From Candidatus Latescibacterota bacterium (GTDB lineage Bacteria > Latescibacterota > UBA2968 > GCA-2709665), in the NCBI GenBank assembly GCA_965222075.1, contig OZ244937.1, forward strand, positions 3,680,001 to 3,744,000: 64,000 nt of DNA, in the 5' to 3' direction. Positions 9,237 to 20,147 of this stretch are shown piece after piece. Below the pieces are notes generated by a model, which saw nothing but the letters and a program-made list of their open reading frames with translations, searched no databases and was not told the origin of the DNA. Numbering within the stretch: position 1 is the stretch's first letter; each line of letters starts with the position of its first letter. Position numbers and translations under genes: made by a program.

Positions 9237-10400
9237 CTACGCGGCTCCCCAAACGGCTTCCACGACCGCCTCAGCGGCCTCTTTCAGTTCCCGGGCGACA
9301 CGGAACTTGAGACCCGAACCTTCCAGAATGCGGACGCCTTCTTCGGCATTGGTGCCCTGCAGGCGGACGACGACGGGGATGTTCACGGTGATTCCCTGCA
9401 AAGCCTGTACGACGCCTTCGGCCACCAGGTCGCACCGGACAATGCCGCCGAAGATGTTGATGAGCACGGCCTTCACATCGTCGTCGGACATGAGGATGCG
9501 GAAGGCGTTCTGAACCCGTTCCACGTTGGTGCCGCCGCCGACATCAAGGAAGTTGGCCGGCGAGCAACCGGCGTATTTGACGATGTCCATCGTGGCCATG
9601 GCCAGGCCCGCGCCGTTGACCATGCAGCCGACTTCGCCGTCGAGCTTGATGTAGTTGAGGCCGTATTTGGAGGCTTCCACTTCTAAGGGATCTTCCTCGT
9701 CGGTATCCCGGAGTTGGAGGATGTCCCTGTGGCGTAAGAGGGCATTGTCGTCGAAGTTCATTTTGGCGTCAAGGGCCACGAGGTCGCCCTGTTTGGTGAC
9801 AACTAAGGGATTGATTTCGGCCAAAGAGCAGTCGGTGGCCACGTAGGCCTTATGGAGGGCTGTGATGAGCTGTACCCCCTGTTTGAGCCCGTCGCCCTCC
9901 AGACCGAGGCCAAAGGCGAGGCGGCGGGCCTGGAAGGGCTGGAGACCGGCTCCCGGATCAACGGCTTCCTTCAGGATTTTTTCAGGGGTTTTTGCGGCGA
10001 CCTCTTCGATGTCCATGCCGCCCGCCTGGGAGGCCATGACAACAAGCCTGGACTGGGCCCGGTCGAGGACGATGCCCAGGTAGAGTTCCCGGTCGATGTC
10101 GGTGGCCTCTTCGATCCAGACCTGTTTGACCTTCTGCCCCCCGGGGCCGGTCTGGTGGGTGATGAGATCCATGCCGATGATGTTACTCGAGTGCCGATAG
10201 GCCTCTTCGGGGTGCTTGGCGAGTTTCACCCCACCGCCTTTTCCCCGGCCTCCGGCGTGGATCTGGGCTTTGACGACGACGGCGCCGAGGTCCTGTGCGA
10301 TCTGTTTGGCCTCTTCCGCCGTCCTGGCCAGACCGCCGTGGGGCACGGGGACGCCGTGGGATTTGAGGACTGCCTTGGCCTGGTATTCGTGGACTTTCAT
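9237..10400 (-). CDS. sucC: Succinyl-CoA synthetase beta subunit
   Basis: MKVHEYQAK, KAQIHAGGRGKGGG, NGAGLAMATMD, NIFGGIVRCD. Confidence 0.97.
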   Translation of the reverse strand: MKVHEYQAKAVLKSHGVPVPHGGLARTAEEAKQIAQDLGAVVVKAQIHAGGRGKGGGVKLAKHPEEAYRHSSNIIGMDLITHQTGPGGQKVKQVWIEEATDIDRELYLGIVLDRAQSRLVVMASQAGGMDIEEVAAKTPEKILKEAVDPGAGLQPFQARRLAFGLGLEGDGLKQGVQLITALHKAYVATDCSLAEINPLVVTKQGDLVALDAKMNFDDNALLRHRDILQLRDTDEEDPLEVEASKYGLNYIKLDGEVGCMVNGAGLAMATMDIVKYAGCSPANFLDVGGGTNVERVQNAFRILMSDDDVKAVLINIFGGIVRCDLVAEGVVQALQGITVNIPVVVRLQGTNAEEGVRILEGSGLKFRVARELKEAAEAVVEAVWGAA

Positions 10401-10472
10401 GGGGGTCTCCTTGCAGATCGTGTCTTGCTCCCCTTTTCATACAAGCGGGAGAAGGGGCCGGTGGATGAGGGC

Positions 10473-12032
10473 CTATACCCTCAAATCTTCTCCTGTCATC
10501 TCCTCCGGTTTTGGGATGCCCATCATCCCAAGCAGGGTTGGGGCGACATCGCAAAGGGCGCCGCTCCGGAGGCTGCCGTTGAATGCGGGGTCGACAATGA
10601 CAAAGGGCACCGGGTTTGTCGTGTGGGCGGTGTGGGGGGTGCCCGTATCGTAGTGGACCATCTGTTCGGCGTTGCCGTGGTCGGCGGTGACGATGGCGGC
10701 GCCTCCGACTTCCTCGATTGCGTTCAGGACTTCTCCCAGGCAGCGGTCCACGGTGCCAACGGCTTCGATGGCGGCTTTCAGGATGCCGGTGTGGCCGACC
10801 ATGTCGGGGTTGGCGAAGTTACAGATGGCCGTGTCGAATTTTTGGGCGAGGATGGCCTCGACGAATTTTTGGGCGACTTGAGGGGCGCTCATTTCGGGTT
10901 TCTGGTCGTAGGTATCTACCTCCCTGGGCGAGGCTATCAGGATTCGTTCTTCGCCCTGGAAGGGGGTCTCCTGCTGTGCGTTGAAGAAGAAGCTGACGTG
11001 GGCGTATTTTTCGGTTTCGGCGATCCGGAGTTGGCGTTTTCCCGCACTGCTGAGGACTTCCCCGAAGATGTTGGGCATGTCCTGGGCCAGGGCTTCGGGC
11101 GGATAGGCGATGCCGTCTACGGGCAGCCCCTTTTCATAGCGGGTCAGACAGGTGTAGTGGACGTTGGGGGGGACCCTGCGTTTGAAGCCGTCGAAGTCGT
11201 CCAGGACAAAGGCGCGCGTGATCTGCCTGGAGCGGTCTCCCCGGAAGTTGAAAAAGAGGAAGGAATCGCCGTGCCGGACGGTTGTCAGGGGTTTTCCCCC
11301 GCCGTTGACCAGGACGATCGGTTTGACGAATTCGTCTGTTTCTCCACGCGCATAGGCGTTTTCAACGGCTTGCAACGGGTGCTGTTCGGGCGTGCCCTCT
11401 CCGAGGGTAAAGCAGTCGTAGACAATCCGGATGCGATCCCAGCGTGTATCCCGATCCATCGCATAGTAGCGCCCACAGATGGTGGCGACTTGGCCCACAC
11501 CCGCCTGTTGGATCATGTCCAGGAGGTCGCGCATATGCGCAGACCCGCTCTTGGGCGGGGTGTCGCGCCCGTCCAGCAGGGCGTGCACGTTGACCTGCGT
11601 GGGTTGCAGCCCCCGGGCCGCGGCCATGCTGAGCAGCCCCGCATAGTGGCTCGGCCAGGCGTGCACGCCGCCGTCGGAGACCAGGCCCACCAGGTGCAGA
11701 CCCCGATCCGTTCCGACGAGACGATCCATCGCCGCGATCAGGGCTCCGTTTTTCAGGAGGCTGCCGTCGTTGACCCAACCGTCTATCTGGGTCATAGCCT
11801 GCATGACCACCCGGCCCGCACCCAGGTTAAGGTGGCCGACCTCCGAGTTTCCCATCAGGCCTTCAGGCAGTCCCACACGGCGTCCGGAGGTGATCAGCGT
11901 GGTGTGGGGGCATGCAGACCAGATCCGGTCCATGGTAGGGGTTTGGGCCAGGGCGACGGCATTGTGATCACCCCTGGGGTTGAGACCCCAGCCGTCGAGG
12001 ACGATCAGGGCGACAAATCGGTTCTTGCCCAT
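10473..12032 (-). CDS. gpmI: 2,3-bisphosphoglycerate-independent phosphoglycerate mutase
   Basis: LDGWG, MGNSEVGH, DGRDT, GRYYAMDRD, ETEKYAHV, NPDMVGHTG, TADHGN. Confidence 0.97.
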   Translation of the reverse strand: MGKNRFVALIVLDGWGLNPRGDHNAVALAQTPTMDRIWSACPHTTLITSGRRVGLPEGLMGNSEVGHLNLGAGRVVMQAMTQIDGWVNDGSLLKNGALIAAMDRLVGTDRGLHLVGLVSDGGVHAWPSHYAGLLSMAAARGLQPTQVNVHALLDGRDTPPKSGSAHMRDLLDMIQQAGVGQVATICGRYYAMDRDTRWDRIRIVYDCFTLGEGTPEQHPLQAVENAYARGETDEFVKPIVLVNGGGKPLTTVRHGDSFLFFNFRGDRSRQITRAFVLDDFDGFKRRVPPNVHYTCLTRYEKGLPVDGIAYPPEALAQDMPNIFGEVLSSAGKRQLRIAETEKYAHVSFFFNAQQETPFQGEERILIASPREVDTYDQKPEMSAPQVAQKFVEAILAQKFDTAICNFANPDMVGHTGILKAAIEAVGTVDRCLGEVLNAIEEVGGAAIVTADHGNAEQMVHYDTGTPHTAHTTNPVPFVIVDPAFNGSLRSGALCDVAPTLLGMMGIPKPEEMTGEDLRV

Positions 12033-12202
12033 TCGGTTTTATTGCCCTTAAGCATTTAAGGATGTGTTGAGGGGGTGAAAAATACGCTTTTAGAGGCCGA
12101 AAGGCAAGATGAATCAGGAGCAGGAGAGGCAGGATTGAAACGCCTTTATTCCAGGTGAATCGTCCGGGGTGGGTGGGGGTTGCGGTCCACTCAAATTCCG
12201 AC

Positions 12203-12231
12203 TTGGCAATTGTACATGAATGTGATATTTT
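12203..12231 (+). promoter_or_regulatory. Sigma70-type promoter of acnA
   Basis: TTGGCA-17 bp-TATTTT with extended -10 TG. Confidence 0.5.
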
Positions 12232-12291
12232 ATATTCGATCGGTGAAACGTGAATCAATCTGTTTGACTTTAAACCAGAGGATACGGATTC

Positions 12292-15018
12292 ATGGATGAG
12301 GTTCAAGATCCTTTTGGGACACGTGAGCCATTGTCGACGGCCGGGGGGAATGTGATCGTCTACCGGCTGGATAAGCTTGAGGCCGCAGGCGTGGGAACGG
12401 TTTCCCGGCTTCCGTTCAGCGTGAAGGTGCTCTTAGAGGCGGCGCTGCGGAATGTGGACGGGTATCAGGTGCAGGAGGAGGATGTGGCGGGGATGGCAGG
12501 GTGGAACGCGGCCGCTCCGGCGCAGGTGGAGATGCCGTTCAAGCCAGCCCGGGTGGTGCTGCAGGATTTTACGGGCGTGCCTTCGCTGGTGGACCTGGCC
12601 GCGCTTCGGTCCGCTATGGCCCGCATGGGGGGCGATCCCAAACGGATTGAGCCGCTGATTCCAGCGGACTTAGTGATCGACCACTCGGTGCAGGTGGACC
12701 GGTTTGCGCATATCGATGCGCTGCGGATTAACGCCGAGATTGAATTTGAGCGGAATCGGGAGCGGTACGAGTTTCTCCGGTGGGGGGCCAACGCGTTTGA
12801 GCAGTTTCGGGTGGTGCCGCCAGCGACAGGCATCGTGCACCAGGTGAATTTGGAGTATCTGGCCAAGGGGGTGTTTGCACATGAGGAAAACGGCGGGCGT
12901 GTGGCCTTTCCGGACAGCTTGGTGGGGACGGATTCTCACACGACGATGATTAACGGGCTGGGCGTTCTGGGATGGGGTGTGGGAGGGATCGAGGCGGAGG
13001 CAGTGATGTTGGGGCAACCGATTTACATGCTTACGCCCGAGGTGATCGGTTTTGAACTTTTCGGGAGCCTGCCGGAGGGCGCAACGGCAACGGACTTAGC
13101 GCTGACGGTGACGCAGATGCTGCGGGAAAAGGGCGTGGTGGGCAAGTTCGTGGAGTTTTACGGGGCCGGGCTGGCGAGCATTGGGCTGGCAGACCGGGCC
13201 ACGATTGCCAATATGTCGCCGGAATACGGGGCGACCATGGGGTTCTTCCCGGTGGACGAGGAGACGCTCCGGTATATGGAGCGGACCGGGCGGTCGGCCG
13301 AGGCAGTTGACCTGGTGGAGCGATACACCAAGGCGCAGGGGCTGTTCCGGACCGACGAGACGCCGCCGCCAGAGTTTACGGATACGCTTGAACTGCATCT
13401 GGATACGGTGGAGCCGAGCTTAGCCGGTCCCAAGCGGCCGCAGGACCGGGTGCCGCTGGTGCGGATGAAAGATGCGTTTGAGGCGAGTTTGACCGCGCCG
13501 GTGGAGGATCGGGGCTACGGGCTTTCTGAGGAGGCGACGGGGCGGACTGTGACGGTTGCGGCCAACGGCAGGGCCGATATCGGGCACGGGGCGGTGGTGA
13601 TTGCGGCGATTACGAGCTGCACGAATACGAGCAATCCGTCGGTGATGGTTGGCGCCGGCCTGCTGGCCAAGCAGGCGACCGAACGGGGGCTGAAGGTGCC
13701 CGATTATGTCAAGACGAGTCTGGCGCCCGGTTCACGGGTGGTGACAGAGTACCTGAACCAGGCCGACCTGACGAAATACTTAGAGCAGCTTGGTTTCCAC
13801 ACGGTGGGGTACGGCTGTACAACCTGCATTGGCAACAGCGGGCCGCTGCCCGAGCCAGTGGTTGAGGCGATTACCCAGGGCGATCTGGTGGTTGCCTCCG
13901 TATTGAGCGGCAACCGGAACTTTGAGGGGCGGATTAACCCGCATACGAAGGCCAATTACTTGGCTTCCCCGCCTCTGGTGGTGGCGTATGCACTGGCCGG
14001 GACCGTGGATATCGACCTGGCCAGCGAGCCAATCGGGGAAGACAGGGATGGGAAGTCGGTTTATCTGAGGGAGATCTGGCCCAGCCAGAAGGAGGTCGCC
14101 GATACGATTGCCGAGTCGCTGAAACCGAAGATGTTCAAGGCACAGTACAACAATGTGTTTGACGGAAATAAGACGTGGAACGCGATTACCGGGCAATCGG
14201 ACGACCTCTTCGGGTGGGACGAGGCGAGCACCTACATCCAGGAGCTGCCCTTCTTCATCAACCTCTCGCTGGAGCCGGAGCCGGTTCAGGATATTTCGGG
14301 GGCGCTGGCACTGGCGGTGTTGGGCGATTCGGTGACGACGGACCACATCTCGCCGGCGGGCAGCATTGCGGTAGACAGTCCGGCGGGGAAGTACCTGATT
14401 GAGCGTGGGGTCGAACCCAGGGATTTCAATTCGTACGGGTCGAGGCGGGGCAACCACGAGGTCATGATGCGGGGGACCTTCGCCAATATCCGCATCCGGA
14501 ACCTGTTGGCCCCGGGCACCGAGGGGGGCGTGACGGTTCACCTGCCCAGCAACGAGCAGATGAGCATTTACGATGCAGCGATGCGCTACAGAGAGGAGGG
14601 CACGCCCCTGGTCGTTCTGGCCGGGAAGGAGTACGGTACCGGGTCCTCACGCGACTGGGCCGCCAAGGGGCCGGCGCTTCAGGGGGTGCGTGCGGTGATC
14701 GTCGAGAGCTTCGAGCGCATCCACCGGAGCAACCTGGTGGGGATGGGCGTGCTGCCGCTGCAGTTCAAGGAAGGGGACGGGGTGGAGTCGCTCGGTTTGA
14801 CCGGGCGGGAGGTTTACCAGATCGGCGGGATCAGCGGGGATCTGAAGCCGCTGCAGGACGTGGTGGTGACAGCGACGGGTGAAGACGGCAACGCGGTGAA
14901 GTTTGCGGCAACGGTGCGGATCGATACGCCTGTGGAGATCGATTACTACCGCAACGGAGGGATTCTGCAAACCGTATTGCGGAATTTTCTGAAAGAATCA
15001 GGGGGCAGGGGCCAGTAA
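12292..15018 (+). CDS. acnA: Aconitate hydratase A
   Basis: [55 protein letters not shown]. Confidence 0.97.
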   Translation: MDEVQDPFGTREPLSTAGGNVIVYRLDKLEAAGVGTVSRLPFSVKVLLEAALRNVDGYQVQEEDVAGMAGWNAAAPAQVEMPFKPARVVLQDFTGVPSLVDLAALRSAMARMGGDPKRIEPLIPADLVIDHSVQVDRFAHIDALRINAEIEFERNRERYEFLRWGANAFEQFRVVPPATGIVHQVNLEYLAKGVFAHEENGGRVAFPDSLVGTDSHTTMINGLGVLGWGVGGIEAEAVMLGQPIYMLTPEVIGFELFGSLPEGATATDLALTVTQMLREKGVVGKFVEFYGAGLASIGLADRATIANMSPEYGATMGFFPVDEETLRYMERTGRSAEAVDLVERYTKAQGLFRTDETPPPEFTDTLELHLDTVEPSLAGPKRPQDRVPLVRMKDAFEASLTAPVEDRGYGLSEEATGRTVTVAANGRADIGHGAVVIAAITSCTNTSNPSVMVGAGLLAKQATERGLKVPDYVKTSLAPGSRVVTEYLNQADLTKYLEQLGFHTVGYGCTTCIGNSGPLPEPVVEAITQGDLVVASVLSGNRNFEGRINPHTKANYLASPPLVVAYALAGTVDIDLASEPIGEDRDGKSVYLREIWPSQKEVADTIAESLKPKMFKAQYNNVFDGNKTWNAITGQSDDLFGWDEASTYIQELPFFINLSLEPEPVQDISGALALAVLGDSVTTDHISPAGSIAVDSPAGKYLIERGVEPRDFNSYGSRRGNHEVMMRGTFANIRIRNLLAPGTEGGVTVHLPSNEQMSIYDAAMRYREEGTPLVVLAGKEYGTGSSRDWAAKGPALQGVRAVIVESFERIHRSNLVGMGVLPLQFKEGDGVESLGLTGREVYQIGGISGDLKPLQDVVVTATGEDGNAVKFAATVRIDTPVEIDYYRNGGILQTVLRNFLKESGGRGQ

Positions 15019-15051
15019 AAACAACCATCGATGAACACCGGTGAAATCATC

Positions 15052-15076
15052 GTAGGGGCGACCGGCCGGTCGCCCC
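15052..15076 (+). repeat. GTAG-class REP-like palindrome between convergent genes
   Basis: GTAGGGGCGACCGGCCGGTCGCCCC; related partial copies at 16475-16494 and 43818-43836. Confidence 0.65.
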
Positions 15077-15077
15077 G

Positions 15078-16460
15078 TTATTTTTTTGCGAAAGATTTCG
15101 CGTCAATGCTGTATTTTTTCAATTTCTGATGGAAATTCTGCCAGGCGATGCCGGCGATTTTGGAGGCGTGGGTGATGTTTCCACCGGTTTTTGTAAGAAC
15201 CTCTTTGACGTAGCCCTGCTCGAAGGTCTCCCGGGCCTCCTGTAAGGAGAGGTGGGCGTAGCTTTCTCTGCCCGCGAGCGCCGACACGGTTTCCTGCTGT
15301 AAGTTTGCAGGCAGGTCGGAGATCTCGATCAAATCGGCCGTAGAGAGGGCGACGGCCCGTTCGATGACGTTTTCCAGTTCGCGCACGTTCCCCGGCCAGT
15401 CGTGTCGGATGAGGCGGGCGATGACTTCCTCCGAGATCTGCATCCGATCTCTTTCTCTCGCATATTTCTGGAGGAAATGCTTGACCAGGAGGGAGATGTC
15501 ATCCCTCCGCTCCCGCAGGGACGGCAGGGGGATCTCGATGACGTCCAGCCGGTAGTAGAGATCCTCCCGAAATCGGCCCTCTTTCACCCCGTGGGCCAGG
15601 TTGCGGTTGGTGGCTGCGATCAGCCGCACATCGGTCTTTTGGGAGGTGGTGGAGCCCACGGGGATGAACTCCTTCTCCTGCAGCACCCGCAGCAACCGGA
15701 CCTGCGCGGCTAAGCTCATTTCCCCCACTTCGTCTAAGAAGAGCGTGCCCCCGTTGGCGGCTTCGAAGATACCGATTTTTTGGGAGACAGCGCCGGTAAA
15801 GGCACCCTTTTCGTGTCCAAACAGTTCGCTTTCTAAGAGTTCCTCGGGGATGGCTGCGCAGTGGAGGGCGTAGAACCGCTGTTCTGAACGGGGGCCGTTG
15901 TAGTGGAGGGCGCGTGCGACGAGTTCCTTACCCGTTCCGGTTCCTCCGGTGATGAGGACCGTGCTCTCCGTAGCTGTAATGCGCTCCATCAGCGCGTAGA
16001 CGTCCTGCATGGCGGGGCTGTTGCCTATGAGGCCTTCAAACCGGTACTTATCCCTGAGCTGCGATTTGAGCAGCCGGTTCTCTTCCGACAGCGTGCGGCT
16101 TTCGATTGCCTTCTGGATGCGCAGGTCCACCGCTTCGGGGGTGGACGGCTTTTCCAAGTAGTCGTGGGCGCCCAGACGACCGGCCTCGACGGCGCTTTTG
16201 AGGCTGCCGTGGGCGGTGAGCATGATCACGACCTGGTCGGGGCGAAGCTGCTTTAAATGCCGGAGGGTTTCCATGCCGTCCATTTCGGGCATCCGGATGT
16301 CCAGCAGGACCACATCGAACCGCACCTCTTCACATTTTTTTATGGCTTCCCGACCGCCGGGCGCGATGGATACGTCGTAATCTTTCAGTTCCAGGCCGAT
16401 CTTGAAGCTCTCCAGCAGGTTGAGTTCGTCATCCACGATTAATACGCGCAATTTGGACAT
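15078..16460 (-). CDS. Sigma54-dependent NtrC-family response regulator
   Basis: Receiver domain (LIVDDE, LDIRMP), AAA+ domain (GGTGTGKE, GAFTGA, LFLDEV, WPGNVREL), Fis-type HTH. Confidence 0.95.
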   Translation of the reverse strand: MSKLRVLIVDDELNLLESFKIGLELKDYDVSIAPGGREAIKKCEEVRFDVVLLDIRMPEMDGMETLRHLKQLRPDQVVIMLTAHGSLKSAVEAGRLGAHDYLEKPSTPEAVDLRIQKAIESRTLSEENRLLKSQLRDKYRFEGLIGNSPAMQDVYALMERITATESTVLITGGTGTGKELVARALHYNGPRSEQRFYALHCAAIPEELLESELFGHEKGAFTGAVSQKIGIFEAANGGTLFLDEVGEMSLAAQVRLLRVLQEKEFIPVGSTTSQKTDVRLIAATNRNLAHGVKEGRFREDLYYRLDVIEIPLPSLRERRDDISLLVKHFLQKYARERDRMQISEEVIARLIRHDWPGNVRELENVIERAVALSTADLIEISDLPANLQQETVSALAGRESYAHLSLQEARETFEQGYVKEVLTKTGGNITHASKIAGIAWQNFHQKLKKYSIDAKSFAKK

Positions 16461-16617
16461 GGTATACCCTCGAACGATTGCGGATTGCCCCTACATCCGG
16501 TCCACCTGTCTTTTTTTTCGGTAGAGCAGTACGACATTGGCCAGAAATCCGATGCCCATGAGGGTGTCTAAGACGCTTCGGCGGGTGGGACCGGCTTCCA
16601 ATGACATAGGAGGATCT

Positions 16618-16662
16618 ATTTCGGATTTCGGATTGAAGCGCTTTTATTCCGAAATCCGAAAT
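16618..16662. repeat. Inverted pair of heptamer tandem repeats (ATTTCGG/CCGAAAT)
   Basis: ATTTCGGATTTCGGA...TCCGAAATCCGAAAT, a 15-bp perfect inverted repeat; relatives near 5470, 20087, 50455, 51072 and 53547. Confidence 0.7.
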
Positions 16663-16731
16663 CAAAAAGACCGGATGCCTACAGCCCCCGGTCTCCCTGC
16701 TTCGACATGTGATATCTGATTTTGGAAGGAA

Positions 16732-17655
16732 TTATATCTCCAACTTTTCCACGCTGTCCCGGACGGCTTTTGCAGAGAACCGAAAAGCTGCGGATTCCTC
16801 GGGTGTGAGACCAATTTCAACGATCTCTTCCACACCCCCAGCGCCGAGTTTGACCGGGACGCCCATAAAGAGATTGTGGATGCCGTACTGCCCGGTCAGA
16901 TAGGCGGCACAGGGCAGAATTCGCTTCTTGTTGCGCAGGATAGCCGCTACCATTTCCGCAATCGCCGAGGCGGGGGCATAGTAGGCGCTGCCTGTTTTGA
17001 GGTGGCCGACGATCTCTGCACCCCCATCCCGTGTGCGCTGTACTAACCGGGCGATGGTTGGCTCGTCTAAGAGTTCGGGCAGCGGAATGCCTGCCACACA
17101 GGAATAGCGGGGCAAGAGCACCATGGAATCGCCGTGACCGCCCAGGACAAAAGCGGTGACATCTTCTACCGAGACGTCCAGTTCGCTGGCGATAAAATAG
17201 CGGAAGCGGGCGGAGTCGAGGATGCCGGCCATACCCATCACCCGCGAGGGGGGAAACCCTGTGGTTTTAAACGCCACATAGGCCATCGCATCGAGGGGGT
17301 TGGTCACAACAATGACAACGGCGCCCGGCGCGACCCCCTTTACATTTTCGCTTACCAAGCGGACGATTTCCGCATTGGTACAGAGGAGGTCATCCCGGTT
17401 CATCCCGGGTGTTCGGGCGACGCCGGCGGTGATGACGACCAGGTCGCACCCCGCCAGGGCATCCGGATCGCTGGTCCCCACAATGCGGGTGTCGAACCGT
17501 TCCACGGGGGCCGATTGGGCCAGGTCGAGGCCCTTGCCCTGCGGAGTGCCCTCTTCTATGTCGAGCAGCACCACCTCCTGCCCCAGTTCCTGCTCTGCAA
17601 TGTGCTGGGCACAGGTAGCCCCTACGTTCCCGGCACCGACTACTCCAATCTTCAC
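16732..17655 (-). CDS. mdh: Malate dehydrogenase (LDH-like)
   Basis: [45 protein letters not shown]. Confidence 0.93.
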   Translation of the reverse strand: MKIGVVGAGNVGATCAQHIAEQELGQEVVLLDIEEGTPQGKGLDLAQSAPVERFDTRIVGTSDPDALAGCDLVVITAGVARTPGMNRDDLLCTNAEIVRLVSENVKGVAPGAVVIVVTNPLDAMAYVAFKTTGFPPSRVMGMAGILDSARFRYFIASELDVSVEDVTAFVLGGHGDSMVLLPRYSCVAGIPLPELLDEPTIARLVQRTRDGGAEIVGHLKTGSAYYAPASAIAEMVAAILRNKKRILPCAAYLTGQYGIHNLFMGVPVKLGAGGVEEIVEIGLTPEESAAFRFSAKAVRDSVEKLEI

Positions 17656-17661
17656 GCCGCC

Positions 17662-17922
17662 CTATCCTGCTTGCGTTTGGATGCTGACCTTTTTTCGGCG
17701 CTTGTCGAGACGTTCGAAGGTGACGATTCCATCGACCAATGCGAAGAGTGAGTCGTCCCTTGCGCGCTTGACATTGTGGCCGGGATGGATACGGGTACCC
17801 CGCTGCCGGATGAGGATACTTCCGGCGGTTACAAACTGGCCGCCGAAGGTCTTCACACCCAGGCGTTGCCCCTGGCTGTCACGGCCGTTTCGGGAGCTTC
17901 CGACCCCTTTTTTATGCGCCAT
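17662..17922 (-). CDS. rpmA: 50S ribosomal protein L27
   Basis: [16 protein letters not shown]; true start at 17922. Confidence 0.97.
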   Translation of the reverse strand: MAHKKGVGSSRNGRDSQGQRLGVKTFGGQFVTAGSILIRQRGTRIHPGHNVKRARDDSLFALVDGIVTFERLDKRRKKVSIQTQAG

Positions 17923-18265
17923 TTTCGGCCTCCTTTTGTGCTTCGGAGAGGGCGCCGACCGAAATCCCATCGATTTGGAGTTCGGTGAAGGGTTGCCGGT
18001 GGCCCCTTTTCCGCCGGTAGCCCTTGCGGCGTTTCATCTTAAAAACGACGACTTTCTTATCCTTCCCGTGTCCCAGCACACTGGCTTCTACGGCCGCGCC
18101 GTCTACCTGGGGCGTGCCAATCCGGGTCTCTTCACCTTGAGAGACCATCAGCACCCGATCCAGCGTTATTTTTTCACCGGCTTCGGCCTTCAAGCGGGAT
18201 ACACGGATGCGGTCTCCCTCCTGAACCTTGACCTGGCTACCCGCGATGTCTACGACTGCGTACAT
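17912..18265 (-). CDS. rplU: 50S ribosomal protein L21
   Basis: MYAVV...[17 protein letters not shown]; RBS GGAGG. Confidence 0.97.
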   Translation of the reverse strand: MYAVVDIAGSQVKVQEGDRIRVSRLKAEAGEKITLDRVLMVSQGEETRIGTPQVDGAAVEASVLGHGKDKKVVVFKMKRRKGYRRKRGHRQPFTELQIDGISVGALSEAQKEAENGA

Positions 18266-18335
18266 AAAAGAAAACCTCCACTACAGGGTACCTTCGTTTC
18301 AAGACGGCAAAGAGTACCCAAATTAGGGATTTTTG

Positions 18336-19889
18336 TCAAGTTTTAAATTCGCCGGTGATATCTACATTCCGTTTGCGGGAATAGATCCGGTAGACATCGA
18401 TCGGGAGGTCTGGATCCATCTCCACGTTCAGCCAGACCCTTGTGGACCTGCGAACCCGCTTCAGGCGCTCTTTCCGGCTTTCCAGCATATATTCACCCAC
18501 CGTGGGGTTGACCCGCACCGTGAGCCGGCGTTCCGAGGACGCTGCCCAGGAGCGTTTGAGCCACCGCTCGATTCGGGCCAAGGTGGTTTCCCGGCTGGCC
18601 ATACGTCCCGTTCCCTTGCAGGTGGGGCAGGACTCACTGAAGGTAAAGAGCAGGCTGGGGCGTACCCGCTGGCGGGTCATCTCCATCAGCCCGAACTCGC
18701 TGATCTCCGAGGTTCGGGGCCTGGAGCGGTCTCGCCGGATGGCCTGGCGGAACTCCTCTTCCACCTTTTTTCGGTTTTGGGGGAGCATCATGTCGATAAA
18801 GTCGATCACGATGATGCCCCCGATGTCCCTCAAACGGAGCTGCCGGGCAATCTCTCTTGCCGCTTCCAGGTTGATTTTAAGGACCGTCTCTTCCTGGTTC
18901 GTGCGTCCTACGTAGCGCCCGCTGTTCACGTCAATCGCCACCAGGGCCTCGGTGTGGTCCAGCACCAGGTAGCTGCCCCCCTTGAGCCAGACTTTTCGGT
19001 CGGAACATTTTTCGATTTCGTCCTCGATGCCGAAGGCGTCGAAGATGGGGGCTTTATCTTTGTAGTATTCCACCTGATCGCGCAGGTGCGGAGATGTGGT
19101 TTTGAGGTAGTTGAGGATCTGCTTGTACTCCCGTTTGGAGTCCACGACCAGCCGGTCCACGTCGTTGGTAAAGAGGTCCCGGATGAGGCTGGTGGTCATG
19201 CCCATCTCTTTGTGGATCAGGAATGGCGCGTCTGTTTTTTGGACCTGCTTCTGGATTTGCGACCAGGTTCCCAACAACCGCTTCAGGTCCCGACCGAGTT
19301 CCCGATCGCCTTTTCCCGAGGCCTCGGTGCGGACGATGATTCCGTACCCGTCGGGTTTGAGATCCCGGGTGATGTCTTTCAGCCTGCGTTTTTCGGCCCA
19401 GTTGGTGATCTTCCGGGAGACGCCTATTTTTTCCCCATTGGGCACCAATACCATGAAACGCCCTGCCAGGGAGGGGACGGCGGTTACGCGGGGGCCCTTG
19501 GTGCCGATCGGCTCTTTTTTGACCTGTACCAGGATATCCTGCCCTTTTTGGACCAGTTCTTCAATGGGAACAATGGTCCTGCCCCTGGGATTGGTTCGGA
19601 TGTCCACCTCTTCCAGGGTTTCTTCGTCTAAGTCCACCATCGATCCGGGCGATCCGGGCATGTCCGAGATGTGGAGAAAGGCGCTCTTGTCGTGTCCGAT
19701 ATCGACAAATGCGGCCTGCATACCCGGAAGGACCGCAGCGGTTGTGCCTTTGTAAACATTGCCCACCATCCGCTCATTTTCGGCGAACTCTGCCAGGATT
19801 TCGACGAGTTTCCCTTCCTCCAGAATCGCAATTCTGGACTCATGAGAGCCAACATTGATAATCATTTCGGTCTTCACACGTGCCTCCAC
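18336..19889 (-). CDS. Rne/Rng-family ribonuclease
   Basis: S1 domain (PGMQAAFVDIG), KEPIGTKGP, IDVNSG, RQLRLRDIGGIIVIDFIDM, CPTCKGTG. Confidence 0.95.
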   Translation of the reverse strand: MEARVKTEMIINVGSHESRIAILEEGKLVEILAEFAENERMVGNVYKGTTAAVLPGMQAAFVDIGHDKSAFLHISDMPGSPGSMVDLDEETLEEVDIRTNPRGRTIVPIEELVQKGQDILVQVKKEPIGTKGPRVTAVPSLAGRFMVLVPNGEKIGVSRKITNWAEKRRLKDITRDLKPDGYGIIVRTEASGKGDRELGRDLKRLLGTWSQIQKQVQKTDAPFLIHKEMGMTTSLIRDLFTNDVDRLVVDSKREYKQILNYLKTTSPHLRDQVEYYKDKAPIFDAFGIEDEIEKCSDRKVWLKGGSYLVLDHTEALVAIDVNSGRYVGRTNQEETVLKINLEAAREIARQLRLRDIGGIIVIDFIDMMLPQNRKKVEEEFRQAIRRDRSRPRTSEISEFGLMEMTRQRVRPSLLFTFSESCPTCKGTGRMASRETTLARIERWLKRSWAASSERRLTVRVNPTVGEYMLESRKERLKRVRRSTRVWLNVEMDPDLPIDVYRIYSRKRNVDITGEFKT

Positions 19890-19905
19890 CCACCTTCACG
19901 GAAAT

Positions 19906-19974
19906 CGCGTCCGGAGGGGGTTGACGGCGCAGACTGCGTGGCTCTCCGGACCGCGTTATTACCACGTAGTCTGC
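19906..19974 (-). promoter_or_regulatory. Structured 5' leader (predicted H-type pseudoknot) of rne/rng
   Basis: Stem 1 GCAGACUACGUGG/CCACGCAGUCUGC (12/13 bp); its loop CGCGGUCCGGAG pairs with downstream CUCCGGACGCG (11 bp). Confidence 0.55.
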
Positions 19975-20023
19975 AAGACGATTGGGATCATGATAACTGT
20001 ATGAGATAGTTATAAGTTATATA

Positions 20024-20052
20024 AAAATAATAAAATGTCCACGTATAGACAA
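20024..20052 (-). promoter_or_regulatory. Sigma70-type promoter of the rne operon
   Basis: TTGTCT-17 bp-TATTTT in an AT-rich tract; palindrome ATAACT-N9-AGTTAT just downstream (19993-20013). Confidence 0.5.
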
Positions 20053-20147
20053 GGGAAAAGTGCGCGTCAGGGGCCGGTGGGGGCACTTGCGGATTGCGGA
20101 ATGAAGGCTTTTGAATCCGAAACCCGCAATGGGTTGGGAGAACCACC

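Noticed and set aside
9852-12059. Long antisense ORFs (e.g. 9852-12059, 18333-19631, 29132-30706, 45949-47439, 62028-63686)
   Set aside because: Shadow frames of well-supported genes, expected in high-GC DNA.
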